64,000 nucleotides of DNA from an uncultured Planctomycetaceae bacterium (GTDB lineage Bacteria; Planctomycetota; Planctomycetia; Pirellulales; PALSA-1355), in contig CAWAUV010000009.1 in NCBI GenBank assembly GCA_963785305.1, positions 224,001-288,000 on the forward strand, read 5' to 3'. Under the pieces are notes generated by a model. The model was given only the letters and a program-made list of their open reading frames with translations. It searched no databases and had not been told where the DNA came from. Shown in pieces: positions 13,274-24,695 of this stretch (position 1 is its first letter; each line of letters opens with the position of its first letter). The position numbers and the translations under genes are program-made.

Positions 13274-13976
13274 ATGCATCACGCAACAATGGCGAACAGC
13301 GACGAGCATCTCCCGGCGTTCTTTTACGGACTCGAGCCTCGCTTCTGGCCCGGCCCTCGGTTGTATCGTGTATACGTCTCACGGGAGGTGCTTGTCTTCG
13401 CGTTTCTAGGCTGCGAAATTTACGACGCGGAGTCGGGCGAGATGATGATGCATGCGACGGGTTTGTACTTGGGTCCCTGGATCCGGCGGCGGCTTGCCGA
13501 GCGTGCCGCGCGAAACGAATTACAACGCGTTCGCCCCATCGGACCCGGGGATTTTGGAACAGGACCCGCGGAACTTTAAGATATTTCGCTCCGAGGTTGT
13601 GCGCACTCGCTTCAGTGGGGATCCAGGCATGTGGACGCCTGGATGTGTCGGCGCCATCGAACTCGATTTGTTCGCTGGCGCGAAACGCCGGTTTATCTTG
13701 ACGGGAGGCCAGGACCCCGAAGCAGTGAGGCGGCTCGTGCAGCACTTCGACCAGTCTTTGGAAGTGACCACAAAAACGACCGCGGAGAAACGCACAGAAT
13801 TCCTCTTCCTAAGTCTCTTGGCACTGCTCACCGCCGCTGGCCTCGGCTCGCTCGGATGGCTGGGTGGCCCCGGCCCGCACGCGCTGGAGCTATTCCTGAT
13901 GGCGGCGGTCGCACTGGCAATAGCTGGCTTGGGCTTCGTTCGAACTTGGCGGACACCAAAGCACAAGGGAAAATGA
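13274..13976 (+). CDS. Hypothetical membrane protein with two C-terminal TM helices (frameshifted)
   Basis: Joins ORFs 13094..13579 and 13452..13976; two hydrophobic segments at the C-terminus. Confidence 0.5.
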
Positions 13977-14168
13977 ACGCGCCCTCGGTGGGAAGCAGAA
14001 CAGAGCGAGGCTATAACGGCGGTCGCCCTTATTGAGCGCCGTTGGCCGGTTTATGGGAATGCCTGCCCCGCCGTCCGAGGCTCGCCCATCGGGACAATGT
14101 ATAAGAAACATTATTGCGCAACGTGTCCGCATCGCCGCGGGCGATAATCGGCTTTTAACGCTCGCGTC

Positions 14169-15419
14169 CTACGATCGCTCTTTCTTTTCCGGCACATAGG
14201 CGTGGCCGCGTTTGCGGAGCACCTGGGCGTCGAGGATTCGGTCCGGCTCGACGCCGTTCGATTTCTCGGGATCGATCCGCTGAATGGAATCGAGCACATC
14301 CATTCCCTCGATGATTCGCCCAAACACCGTGTGCTTGCCGTTGAGCGACACCGTGGGCACGAATGTCAAAAAGAATTGCGAGCCGCCGGTGTCGCGACCG
14401 GCGTGCGCCATGCTCAGCACGCCGCGAAAATGGAGCCGGTGATCGGTCCGGTAGCATTCGCAAGCGATCGAATAGCCGGGCCCGCCCGAGCCCGTGCCGG
14501 TGGGATCGCCGCCTTGGGCCATGAAGTTGGGGAGCACCCGATGAAACGGCGCCTTTTTGTAATAGCCGCTTTCGACCAGACTGATGAAGTTGGCGGTCGT
14601 GTTGGGCGCTTCGTTCTCATAGAGTTCGACCACGATATCGCCCTTGGTGGTCGAGATTTTCACGCGTGGCAGATCGTCGGCCTTGGCTTCGGCCTCGCGA
14701 ATCTTGGACTCCTTGGCCCACTGCTTTTCGGTTTCGTCGAGAATGCCCAGGAATTGCTTGCCGGGGTCACTGAGCGATTTTTCATCGGCGGCGAGATTGA
14801 GATACTTGCGAGCCAGCGGATAGTCGTTCACGCAAAACGCCGCCACGCCGAGCGCGTTGTGTACCGCGGGGCTCTTGCTGCCCGATTCGACGACTCGCTT
14901 GCCAATCCGATAGGCTTCTTCGTATTTGTCCTTGCCATCGTATTTTCCGGACCGCACATCGTCGATGGCCACGCCCGACAAGAAGTCGACCAGCTTCGTG
15001 GCGCTGGGGTCTTCGGCGAGCGCCGCCTCGGCCGCGGCCACCAAGCGCGGCGCCATTTCGTGGCCGCGGGCGAGCAATTGATTGAACTTCTCGCCGAGCG
15101 CTTCGTGCTCTTTTCTGTCGTTCGCCACCTGAAACTGTTCTTGCACCTTGCGCATATCGGTGAGCAGCGTCTTCCATTCGGTATATTGCTTGTCGAAGGC
15201 TTGCATCGCCGGCGCCTCGGCGCCGGCGCTCGCTCCAGTCGCGGCGGCTTTCGTCTTGTCGCTGCTCGCCGAGGGCAAGTCGCCCGCAAGCGCCGTCCGA
15301 CGAGCGGCAATCATGAGCACGCCCATCAGCAACAGCGCGCCAAATCGCCCGCCCGTTTTTAGAGCCGCGAATCGTTGCCGCTCGAAATCCGCCCGTTTCG
15401 AATACCGCCTCATCGACAT
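14169..15419 (-). CDS. Cyclophilin-type peptidyl-prolyl cis-trans isomerase with N-terminal helical region
   Basis: FHRVLPNFMAQGGDPTGTGSGGPGY, SMAHAGRDTGGSQFF, LNGKHTVFGR. Confidence 0.93.
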   Translation of the reverse strand: MSMRRYSKRADFERQRFAALKTGGRFGALLLMGVLMIAARRTALAGDLPSASSDKTKAAATGASAGAEAPAMQAFDKQYTEWKTLLTDMRKVQEQFQVANDRKEHEALGEKFNQLLARGHEMAPRLVAAAEAALAEDPSATKLVDFLSGVAIDDVRSGKYDGKDKYEEAYRIGKRVVESGSKSPAVHNALGVAAFCVNDYPLARKYLNLAADEKSLSDPGKQFLGILDETEKQWAKESKIREAEAKADDLPRVKISTTKGDIVVELYENEAPNTTANFISLVESGYYKKAPFHRVLPNFMAQGGDPTGTGSGGPGYSIACECYRTDHRLHFRGVLSMAHAGRDTGGSQFFLTFVPTVSLNGKHTVFGRIIEGMDVLDSIQRIDPEKSNGVEPDRILDAQVLRKRGHAYVPEKKERS

Positions 15420-15572
15420 TTTCTCCCTCGACTGGTGATCTGCTCGCGGGCGCCAGCGCCGCCGCCCGCCTAATTATGTTATAGTAAACGCGGATCGGGA
15501 AGTCGCCCGCGTGTTGGGCCGCTTCCGCTGTTGGACGGCCAGTTTTGCCGCGACCGCGATTTCGGAATCGAC

Positions 15573-16342
15573 ATGCGAAAAGCTCGCCGCGATCAGCCCA
15601 CCGGCCCCGCTCGCGGCTCAAAAGGCTCGAATCAAAAGGGCTCGGCGAAGCAAGGGCGCGCATCGAAGCAAGTCGGCTCGGCGAAGCAGGCGGCCTCGGC
15701 GCCGGGCGAGGAAACCTGGCTCCGGATCGTCGGCGGCACGCTCCGCGGGCGCAAGTTCCTCTACAGCGGCGACGAGCGTACCCGGCCGATGAAAAATCGC
15801 GTGCGCGAAGCCGTGTTCAACCTGCTTGGCGACGATGTGGTCGACGCCCACGCGATCGACCTTTTTGCCGGCGCCGGCGCGCTCGGGCTCGAAGCGATCA
15901 GCCGAGGTTGCCTGGGCGCGACATTCATCGAGCGGCATTTTCCCACGGCGGCGCTGGTGCGCAAAAACGCCGCGCTCCTCGACCTCGCCGACATCACCCA
16001 AGTGCATGCCGCCGACACGCTGCTTTGGGTCAAGCAATTGCTCGCCGGGCGGCTGAACACATCGCCGGAGACCGAGCTTCCGCTCTCGCGACGCTGGATC
16101 GTGTTCTGTTCGCCGCCGTTTGCCATGTACACGGACCGACCCGCCGAATTGCTGGCGATGCTAGGGTCGCTGGTCGCGACGGCCCGCGCGGGGAGCGTGT
16201 TCGTGGTCGAATCCGACCTGCAGTTCGACCCCGCGCATTTGCCCGAGGCCGGCGATTGGTTTTTGCGCGATTACCCGCCGGCCCGGATTGCCATCTATCG
16301 CAAGCCGGCCTCGTCGGCGGCGCCGGCGGCGCCGCCGATTGA
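15573..16342 (+). CDS. rsmD: RsmD-family 16S rRNA m2G966 methyltransferase (3' end uncertain, probable frameshift)
   Basis: LRIVGGTLRGRK, TRPMKNRVREAVFN, DLFAGAGALGLEAISRG, FCSPPF. Confidence 0.82.
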
Positions 16343-16392
16343 GCCAGCTATTTGTTCGAATATTCGATTCGGAATCGGGGGAGGAATTCGCC

Positions 16393-16754
16393 GTGGATGT
16401 GCGCCAGATCGCTCAAGTCGCCGCGTTTATCACCAAAGACGGCTCCGAGATCCGCGAGCTGCTGGCGTATCGTAATTCCTCGATCCAAAAGCAGAGCTTG
16501 GCCGAAGCGCGGCTCGCGGTCGGCGCCTCCACGACCGCGCACTACCACCCCGCGACGGAAGAGATTTACTATATCTTGCGCGCGCGGGCAGCATGCGGCT
16601 GGGCGACGAAACCCAAACGGTCGGTCCCGGCGACGCGATCGCGATACCCCCGGGCCTGACGCATAAAATCACGAACGTCGGCGTCGAGCCGCTCGTGTTT
16701 TTGTGCTGTTGCGCCCCGGCCTACGAAAATTCCGACACCGTGCTGGTGGAATAG
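16393..16754 (+). CDS. Cupin domain protein (frameshift near 16580)
   Basis: TKDGSEIRELL, AHYHPATEEIYYIL, then VGPGDAIAIPPGLTHKITN...LCCCAPAY in a shifted frame. Confidence 0.8.
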
Positions 16755-16785
16755 GAAACGGGCGAAGAATAACTTCTCAATAAAA

Positions 16786-16817
16786 CCTCTCCCCTTGGGA
16801 GAGGGTAGGGCGGGGGG
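16786..16817. repeat. REP-like palindrome, copy 2 (opposite orientation)
   Basis: cctctccccttgggagagggtagggcgggggg; reverse complement matches 51721-51754. Confidence 0.6.
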
Positions 16818-16839
16818 CGAACCCCGGAAAAGCTCGTCG

Positions 16840-17675
16840 ATGCGATTTCTAAGAAGACTGGCGCGAGCGTTTGTCAATCGAGCCTCGGGCTCGGCCCTGA
16901 CCATGATGCCGGCCCATTTCGGCCCGCGTCCCCTGGGCGGCTCGACCGGCATGTACCACGATGTGACAACGCTTACGCTCTCCTACAGCACCGAATTCGA
17001 GGCGCTAGCCCGCTACATTCCGCGGCCGTTTCGGCTCACGGCGCCGACGGTGATCGTGCTCCATGTCATGAATCGCGACATCGACTGGCTGGCAGGTCGC
17101 GGCTACAACCTGGTGGAAGCGATCGCGCCCGTCCGCTTCGAGGGAAAAGTCGATCGCCTCGCAGGCTACTTCACGCTCGTGATCTGGGAAAATCTTTGCG
17201 ATCCGATTCTCACCGGCCGCGAGTTGCAAGGCATGCCCAAACTGTTTGCCACGATTCCCGACGCGCTCGAAACCGATGGCCAGTGGCGCGGCGAGGTCAG
17301 CCATTTCGATCACACGTTTCTCGATTTCTCGATCCGCCAGACCACGGAGCTAACCCCCTCGGAGATCGCGGCCGAAGAGGCTGCCCACGAGGGCAAGAAT
17401 CATTGGATGGGGTGGCGATTCCTGCCGCCGATCGGTGGCCTGGGCCCCGGTCTCGATCAGCCGACGCTTTTCCCGATCGCGCGATCCACGACCGCGGCTT
17501 GGCGCGGCGAAGGCGCCCTCGCCTGGCGGCGGGTCACCTGGGAACAGAACCCCACCCAGTCGCATATCATCAACGCGCTTGCCGAATTGCCGGTGCATGC
17601 GTTTCACCCGGGCGCATCACGCGCGGCTCGACCAATCTTTACTTGCCCGGCAACCTGCCACGCGAACTGCGGTAA
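16840..17675 (+). CDS. Acetoacetate decarboxylase family protein (frameshift near 17610)
   Basis: WLAGRGYN, LVIWENLCDPILTGRELQGMPKLFA with the family Schiff-base Lys context. Confidence 0.78.
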
Positions 17676-17706
17676 CCCCCGCCGAGCAAAAAGGACCGTC
17701 GTGCCC

Positions 17707-18861
17707 ATGCCGATCGAGGAAATCCAGCGAGTGTGCTTCGTCGGCGGCGGCACGATGGGCGTCTTCAATTCGCTCCTCTCGGCGTCGGCCGGCTACGAAG
17801 CGCGAGTCTTCGATCCGGCGCCCGAGGCGCGGCGCCAGTTCCCCGAGCGCCAGCGGCGCATTGGCGAAATGATCGTCGCCCGCCGGGTGCTCGACTCCGT
17901 GGCGATCGGGAAAGCCGCGGCCCGCGTGCGCCTATGCGAAACGCTCGACGAGGCCATCGACCAGGCCGATCTGCTCAGCGAATCGACGCCGGAAAACCTC
18001 GAACTGAAGCGTGAAACGCTCCGCCAAGCGGACCAGGCGTGCCCGCCGCGAACGATTCTCACGACCAATACCTCGAATTTGCTCGTTTCGGAAATCGACG
18101 ACGCGGTGGGGCGCGGCGATCGGTTCGCCGCGCTCCACTCGTACCTGGGCTCGCGACTTTTCGACATCGTGGCCGGCCCGGCGCGACGCCGGCCACGATC
18201 GACACCTTGACCCGTTATGTCGAGAGCCTGGGAGCGACGCCGATCGTGCTCGCGCGCGAGCGGCCCGGTTACCTCACCAACACGCTCTTCGGCGCCTTGC
18301 ACAGCGCTGCCCTGGCGCTGGCGGCGCATGGACGCGGAACTCCCGCGGAGATCGATCGCGCTTGGATGCGCTGGCAATCAGCGCCGGCCGGTCCGTTTGG
18401 CATCATGGATTTCGTCGGGCTCGATGTGGTGCGCGATGTGACGATCGCCGAATCGCGCCGCCGCGGCGGCTCGGTCGAGCTCGACCAAAGCGTCGCCTAT
18501 TTGCAGCCGCTCCATGAAGCGGGGCGTTTGGGCGTCAAGTCGGGCGAGGGGTTTTACACCTACCCAAATCCCGAATTCCAGGAGCCCGATTTCCTGACTC
18601 GCCGCGCCGCGCCGAGGACTCTACTTGGCGATGTTGCGGCGACTTTCGACCGCGGCGGTGATGCTGGTCGTCGGCGGTTTCGGCACGGCCGAACAGGTCG
18701 AAACCTCCTGGCGCATCGCCACCGATAGTCCCCTGGGTCCCCTGGCCGCGCTCAAGGCAAATTGGACCGACCTATTGCTCGATGAATTCAGCATCCACGC
18801 CAGCGATTCGCCCGAGGAATGGTTTGGCCAAGTCGGCGACTTCTTGAAGGGCCATCTCTAG
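17707..18861 (+). CDS. 3-hydroxyacyl-CoA dehydrogenase family protein (two frameshifts)
   Basis: VCFVGGGTMG, ESTPENLELK, TTNTS, ALH, GPFGIMDFVGLD, GRLGVKSGEGFYTY. Confidence 0.85.
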
Positions 18862-20426
18862 TGCTTTGACCGTGCCGGAAGTTCGGCCGACTTCAGGCAT
18901 TCCTCGACCATGTTCTCCAAAATCCGTTCGACGTCGACCGCCGCGAGCACCAGCGAGTCGAACGCCGCCGCCAGGGCCAGCACGCCGGCGTAATTCGTCA
19001 CTCCGATCGCCAGCGAAGTCTTCGGCCGCACCGGCGGGGCGCCGTAGAACCGCTCGAGCTTCATTTCGCCAGCCCAAACATGGCGATTCTCGCGCCGCAC
19101 CCGGGCCGAAAAGCGCCGCGCCGGATCGCCGATATTGCTGAGCACGGCGGTCGAAAGACATCGCGGCAGCGAGAGCGACCAGCGCAGCAGCCTCGGCCGC
19201 CGGCAAAGTCCACGCAGCGTTTCGACGAATTGCCGCGAGAGATCGTGGCGGCGAATCGCGCGGCTTGCGTGTCGCAACCCCTCGGCGAGCTCGCGAAAGT
19301 CGTTGGTTTGCGCGAGCCGCCGATCGAGAAACGCGTAGCTAAGCACATTGGCGGCCGGCATGCGGTCGTCGCCCGCGACCCGCATATTCGTGGGCATGGT
19401 GATTCGCAAGAGTGCGTTTTCCCGCGCCCCCTGCTCGCGAAAGATCGCGGTCAGCGATCGAAACGCCGCGGCAAGGAGCAGATCGTTTTCCGAAACATCG
19501 AGCGAGCGCGCCGCATTCCGCACCCGGCGCGATGTTTCGCGCGAAAGCACATTGGCCACCAGCGGGCGCGGTCCCAGGCCGCGTGGCAGTTCGCTCGCGG
19601 CGGCCAACTCCCGGCCGATCGGCAGCGATTCTGGACCGTTTGCCAGAAAATCTCGAACTTCGCCAAGCGAATAGGCTAGCGATGTTCGCAGGAGCCGCCA
19701 CCGAGCGAGCCCGTGGCGCACTCGGTCCGCGACACTTGGCTTCGGAATCGCGACGTTGTCGGCCGGTCGACCGCGGGTCGCAACGGTCTCCCCCGGCTGG
19801 GCTCGCCCCGCGAGATCGGCGCCACGACCAAATACACCCCGCTGGGCGAGCCTCGCGGGCTCGAGCGGCGCGACTCTGGCCCGCCAATCCTCCCCCGCGA
19901 CGAGCGCCTCGTAGATCGCGAGCACATCGCCGATCGCGTCGCAGGCGCCCAGCCCGTCGCACGTGGCATGATGAAAGCGCCAGTAAAACACAACTCCCGA
20001 CTCACCCTCCCGCGCCAAAATGCGCGGCCCTCGCGCATCGCGACCCAGCGGCGGAGATTGAAACTCGGCCAGTTCCGTCGCCGAAACTTGGTCGGCCTTG
20101 GTCCAGCGCACCACGTTTTCTCCCGCCGCTGGGGAATGCGTCGCTACCCAACGCGGCGCGCCATCGACATCCGCGACCTGGGCCATGAGCAGCGGGTGAC
20201 GCGTGAGCATGTGCGCGACCGCGGTCTCGAAGAGCGGCCGGTCGACGCGGCCGGAAAACTCCGTGACAATCTCAAACGCCATGCGATGCGTCGGGCGGTC
20301 GTCCCAATGCATCAACAGCTCGAACGGCTCGAGCGGCAAGGGAAACAGCGCCCCGGCTCGCGGCGATGCCGTTTCCGCCGAAGCCGCGCCCCGCGTCGCG
20401 TCGTTGCACGAAACAACCGAGCTCAT
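18858..20426 (-). CDS. Standalone condensation/CAT-fold acyltransferase
   Basis: RHPLL, RFHHATCDGLG (HHxxxDG), ITMPTNMR, LSNIG. Confidence 0.75.
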   Translation of the reverse strand: MSSVVSCNDATRGAASAETASPRAGALFPLPLEPFELLMHWDDRPTHRMAFEIVTEFSGRVDRPLFETAVAHMLTRHPLLMAQVADVDGAPRWVATHSPAAGENVVRWTKADQVSATELAEFQSPPLGRDARGPRILAREGESGVVFYWRFHHATCDGLGACDAIGDVLAIYEALVAGEDWRARVAPLEPARLAQRGVFGRGADLAGRAQPGETVATRGRPADNVAIPKPSVADRVRHGLARWRLLRTSLAYSLGEVRDFLANGPESLPIGRELAAASELPRGLGPRPLVANVLSRETSRRVRNAARSLDVSENDLLLAAAFRSLTAIFREQGARENALLRITMPTNMRVAGDDRMPAANVLSYAFLDRRLAQTNDFRELAEGLRHASRAIRRHDLSRQFVETLRGLCRRPRLLRWSLSLPRCLSTAVLSNIGDPARRFSARVRRENRHVWAGEMKLERFYGAPPVRPKTSLAIGVTNYAGVLALAAAFDSLVLAAVDVERILENMVEECLKSAELPARSKH

Positions 20427-22640
20427 GGTCGCACGCTCAATACAATGACGAGCCAATCATCGGTGGCCCGAGCCGAAAGAATCTTGGGCGAAGCGAAGCC
20501 CAGGCGTTCGACCAGTGAGGCGAGCATGAGGTCGGCCTGAAAGGCGCTCGCCACTCGCTGGGCCAGCACACTGCGGGTCGCCTGGCGCCGCCCGGTGAAA
20601 GGACGATCGCTTTTGGCTTGCTCGACCTTGGGTCGCCCTTCGCAGGCGAAGCGGGGATCGCCGCCTTCGGTCAAATGATACTCCGTCGCGACGGTCGCCC
20701 CCTCGTAATTTTCGCCGCCCGCCGCGAATTGGCCAATGTTCATAAGTAGCGAAAGCCGGTCGTGGTCCAAGGTGATCCGCGCCGGCGATTCGTCGAACAC
20801 CACCGACCACCCCGTGTTCTCGGCGCCCTCGTCATCGGACGATTCGTCGCCCGCCGTCGACGCGCTCGCCGAGGCCGGAGAAGAGGAACCCGAGCTCCGC
20901 AGCGCGAAATTGGTCGCGAGTTCCGCGCCTTGAACCCGATTGCCGCCCCAAAATCTCGCGGCCAAGTATTCGAGCGCCGAGCGGTGCAGGTAAAGCGCGA
21001 CGCCCGATTCCGCGCTCGCCGGCGCGGCGATCTCGGGCCCCCAATCGCCGGCGGGGCCAAAAATCGTGTCGACGCGCAGACCCTCGCTGTCGGCCGAGGA
21101 ATGAAACGCCGCGGGCCACGCGCCATGGGTCGCGAGCGGCATCGCGACCCGCCGCGCATATTTCCGGTTGAACCGCGCCACCGGATCGGCGGCCATCGTA
21201 TCGAGTCGCGCTCTGCGCCAAGCGCATCGCCGACGCTTCCGACTCCCGCTCCGCGCGACCTCGGTTGGCCGACACGCGCCACGTGGCCTCGCTGCCATAG
21301 CCCGAACGAATGCTCTCGAATTCCACGTTGGCATGCGCCGCCGCCGTCGCGGGCAGCGCCCGAAGCCCGGCCGGCTCGACCAGCAGCAGTTTGTCGCCGA
21401 TGATCCGTGTTTGGCTGCGCGAGGCGACTTGCACTCCGCTGTTCGAGCCTTGGGTGCGGGCGCGCGTTTCGGCGAAGAGTCCCAAGTCGATGGCCGCCGC
21501 TCCGCGAGTGGCAATCGGTTCGGCCCGCAATACGCCTTGAAAAGACCCGGCGCCGGCGACGCGCGTGTTGACATACACATCGTCGATCGGAAACGACTCC
21601 TCGACCGGACGGTCGAAATACGCCGCAATTGATCCGGTCGGAAAGCGAATCACGAGATTGGGCCGGGCATACAGCTTGCGCAAGATCGCCACGAGCTCGG
21701 GGGCATCGCCGCGCTGCTCGAACCATGTCCCTAGTTCGACGATCCTGGCCCGAACATTTGTCGGCGATGGCGTCTCGGCCGGCCGCGGCGCCGCTGCGAC
21801 CATTTCCGCCAGCGTGGTCTCGAGCGTTTGAAGCTTTTCAGCGCGCAGCGCCGCGAAGTTGGGTTCGCTCGCGACAAGCGCCGTCTGCCGATAGCGCTCG
21901 ACACTCTCTCGCGCCACGCGCAGGCGCGTCAAGGTTCCATAGCGCCTCGGCGGCCCGCAAGCGGTGTTCGGCGGCCAACAGCGCGGTCGCGCTCAACGGG
22001 GCCGCGTCGGCGAGAGTCGCATCGCTCCCGACTTCAAGCGCGTCGAGCGCGAGAAAGGTCCGCCATTCGCGCCCGCCGGCTCCAAAGGCCCGAATTCTCC
22101 GATCGAGATTTTCCAGCGCGCGGCAAGCTGCTTGCGGGCCGCGGACAACAATACCGCGGTCGGCGGCGAAGCGCCGGCAGCGCGGGCCGCGGCGAGCGCG
22201 TCGGCCGCCGATGGTTCGAGCGCGGCGATCCAGCGGTCGAGCGCCGCGAGTAGCGTCTGGCGGGTCGGATGCGAAGCAAGCGATGTTTGCGCCGCGATCC
22301 GCGCCCGCAAGCTCGCCAACGTGGCCAGATCGGGCTTTTCAGCCGCCAGTTGCCGCGCCATTTCGTCGGTTTGCAATCGCTGCCGCCAAAGCGCGACGCC
22401 CGGCGATTCGCCCAGCCAAGCATCGAACGGCCGCCAGGCATCTTCCACGGCATTGCGCAATGGAGCATCCGGGGTGTTCCGCCGCGCGGAGCTCGGCTCG
22501 AGCCGGTCGGTTATGATCGGCATTGCGGCGCCGCGGCGGGTTTGAGCCGCGGCCTCGCGCGCGTCGAAGTTGGCCGACACCACGAGCCCGGCAAGAGCCC
22601 AGGGCGCGAATAGCGTCAATGAAGCGAACAGTCGGATCAC
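20423..22640 (-). CDS. Exported hypothetical protein (several frameshifts)
   Basis: Signal-peptide-like start VIRLFASLTLFAPWALAG; pieces in ORFs 21993..22709, 20832..21932 and 20423..21628; tightly packed in the operon. Confidence 0.55.
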
Positions 22641-22641
22641 G

Positions 22642-24634
22642 TTATTCCTCGCTCGCTTCCCGGGAAATTCGGCCTTGCGCCGTCCATCCCGAAGGCGCCG
22701 GCCGCACATCGAGCCATTCTCTACCCCAGAAGGAGCTAATTCTGGAAAAAGGCGGCAAACTCTCGGCGTTCACCGAGGGGCCGGGAAAGTCGCCCGCGCG
22801 ATCACCGAGAAAAAGCCCCTCGATGAGTAGCGACTCCCAATCGCCACTCGCCGCCAACCGATGCTCTCGGGCCGCGCGAAAATGCGATTCCATGTCGGCG
22901 GCCAGATCACGCCAACTTCGCAGATCGCTGGGAGCGCCGCTCGCCGCTGAAAAGTATTTCGACCCCAGCAAGCCGCGCGACGCCGCCGCGCCATGCTCAA
23001 CGGTTCCAATCGCGCCGAGCAGAAAATCGACATCGCTCGCCACGACCAAAGTCTCGCGCGTCACCGCAATCGCCGCGATATCGAGCGAAAGCGGATCATC
23101 GGCGTCGGATTTCATCAGCGGCGCGCCCGGCGCTTTGGCTTGCCACAGCACGCCGTTCGGCGAATGGACGATCGAAGTTTCGTCATCGCCGGTGAAAAAA
23201 CGCTCGAGCGCCGCGGTGGCCGCCCGCGGATCGCCGAGCCGCGCGGCCAGAAGCGTGCGCTGACCATCGGGATTGGCTTTCGTCTTTTCGCCCAGATAAT
23301 CGCGCATGCGATAAAGCGGCGGTCGCAGCCGCTCGAGCAAATCGGATCGTACCGCGGCCCGCGGACCATCGGATGCTTTTTCGATGCTATCGAGCAGTTC
23401 GTCGAAGGCGCCCTGATAATTGCCGCCATAAAGCTGATCGTACACCGAGCCATAGGCCGCGATCACCTTGGGAGTGTCCAGGCGCCACACGCTGATCGCC
23501 GCCGGCCGGGCCACCAGCCAGTCGGGCAGCGCGAATTCGGTTCCCGGATCGAAGGACAAGAGCGCCGCGCCTTTGGCAAGCGGCGCCGCGTGAAGAATGC
23601 GCGTGGTTTGCGCGAGATCGTCGTGTTCGAGTCCAAATCGCACGACGCCTCCCAGCGGCGCGATCACCGTGAACCCTTGCCGACGAAAAAGGTCGAATCG
23701 CCGCCGCCCTGCCCGATCGCTTCGCCCGCTGCCGAGCGACGCCCGCCAAATCCGCCAGGGATCGGCATACCACACAAGTCCGTCGGGCGAGTCGGCGCCC
23801 GAATCGGCGAGCACTTGCCCGAACGATGCCGAGGAGGCGAGCGTCGCCGCGCGCGGCGACTCAAAGAACTCCAAAATTTCGTCGGCCACGGCGCGAGTCG
23901 CAAGTCACCAACATTTCGCGCCAAGCAAAGGCCGCGCGCTCGGGAAGCGACCCACGGGGAGCGGCCGCCACCGACGCCGCGGGCGCCTTGGCGGCGGGCT
24001 TCTTAATGCCCGGCGGCGCGGGCGACCGAACCGGCGGCGCGGGCGCGCCCTTCGCGGGCTCCGAGGCAAACACGCCTTCGAGCACGCGAATTTTCCCGGC
24101 ATGTCGTTCCGTGACTTCGAAGCCCTGCCGAGTCCATTCGGTTCGCAAGGTGTCGAATAAGGCCGGCAAGCGAGCGTCGCCCGCGATATCGTTCGACGAG
24201 CCGCTCGCGGCCGAGGCGAGCACCACCGACCGCAGGGCGCCATCCTTGCTCGGCCATAGCGCATAAGCGGCGCCGGCAGGTCCGGCCGCGGTAAGCGTGG
24301 CCCAGCGGAGCCCCAGACATTCGGTGGGGAGCACACCGCCATGTTTGCGCCGAACTTCGGCCCAAAACGGCTGCATGGATTCGTCTTCATAGGCTTCAAA
24401 AAACGACGCGAGGCGCCACGCGGCTTCGCACCGCGCGGGATCGGCCGTGGAAACGAACAGCGGCGCGGTCGGCGGAAGATATCGCGCCAATCGCACCGCC
24501 GCGGGCTCGACCGGTTTCGCTTCATCGGGCTTGGAAACATTCGCCGCGGGCTCGGCCCCCACCAGCGGCGCGCAAAGCCATAGCGGCGACATTACCGCTA
24601 ACAGCCAAGCTCGACTCGCGGTTGTTTTCGGCAT
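22642..24634 (-). CDS. Exported hypothetical protein (frameshift near 23890)
   Basis: Signal peptide MPKTTASRAWLLAVMSPLWLCAPLVGA; joins ORFs 23861..24634 and 22642..23889. Confidence 0.55.
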
Positions 24635-24695
24635 GCGTTCTCTCGTTCGGAATTGCGATTTCAGGAATATCCCGGCGATATTGCCGCGATCGTGA

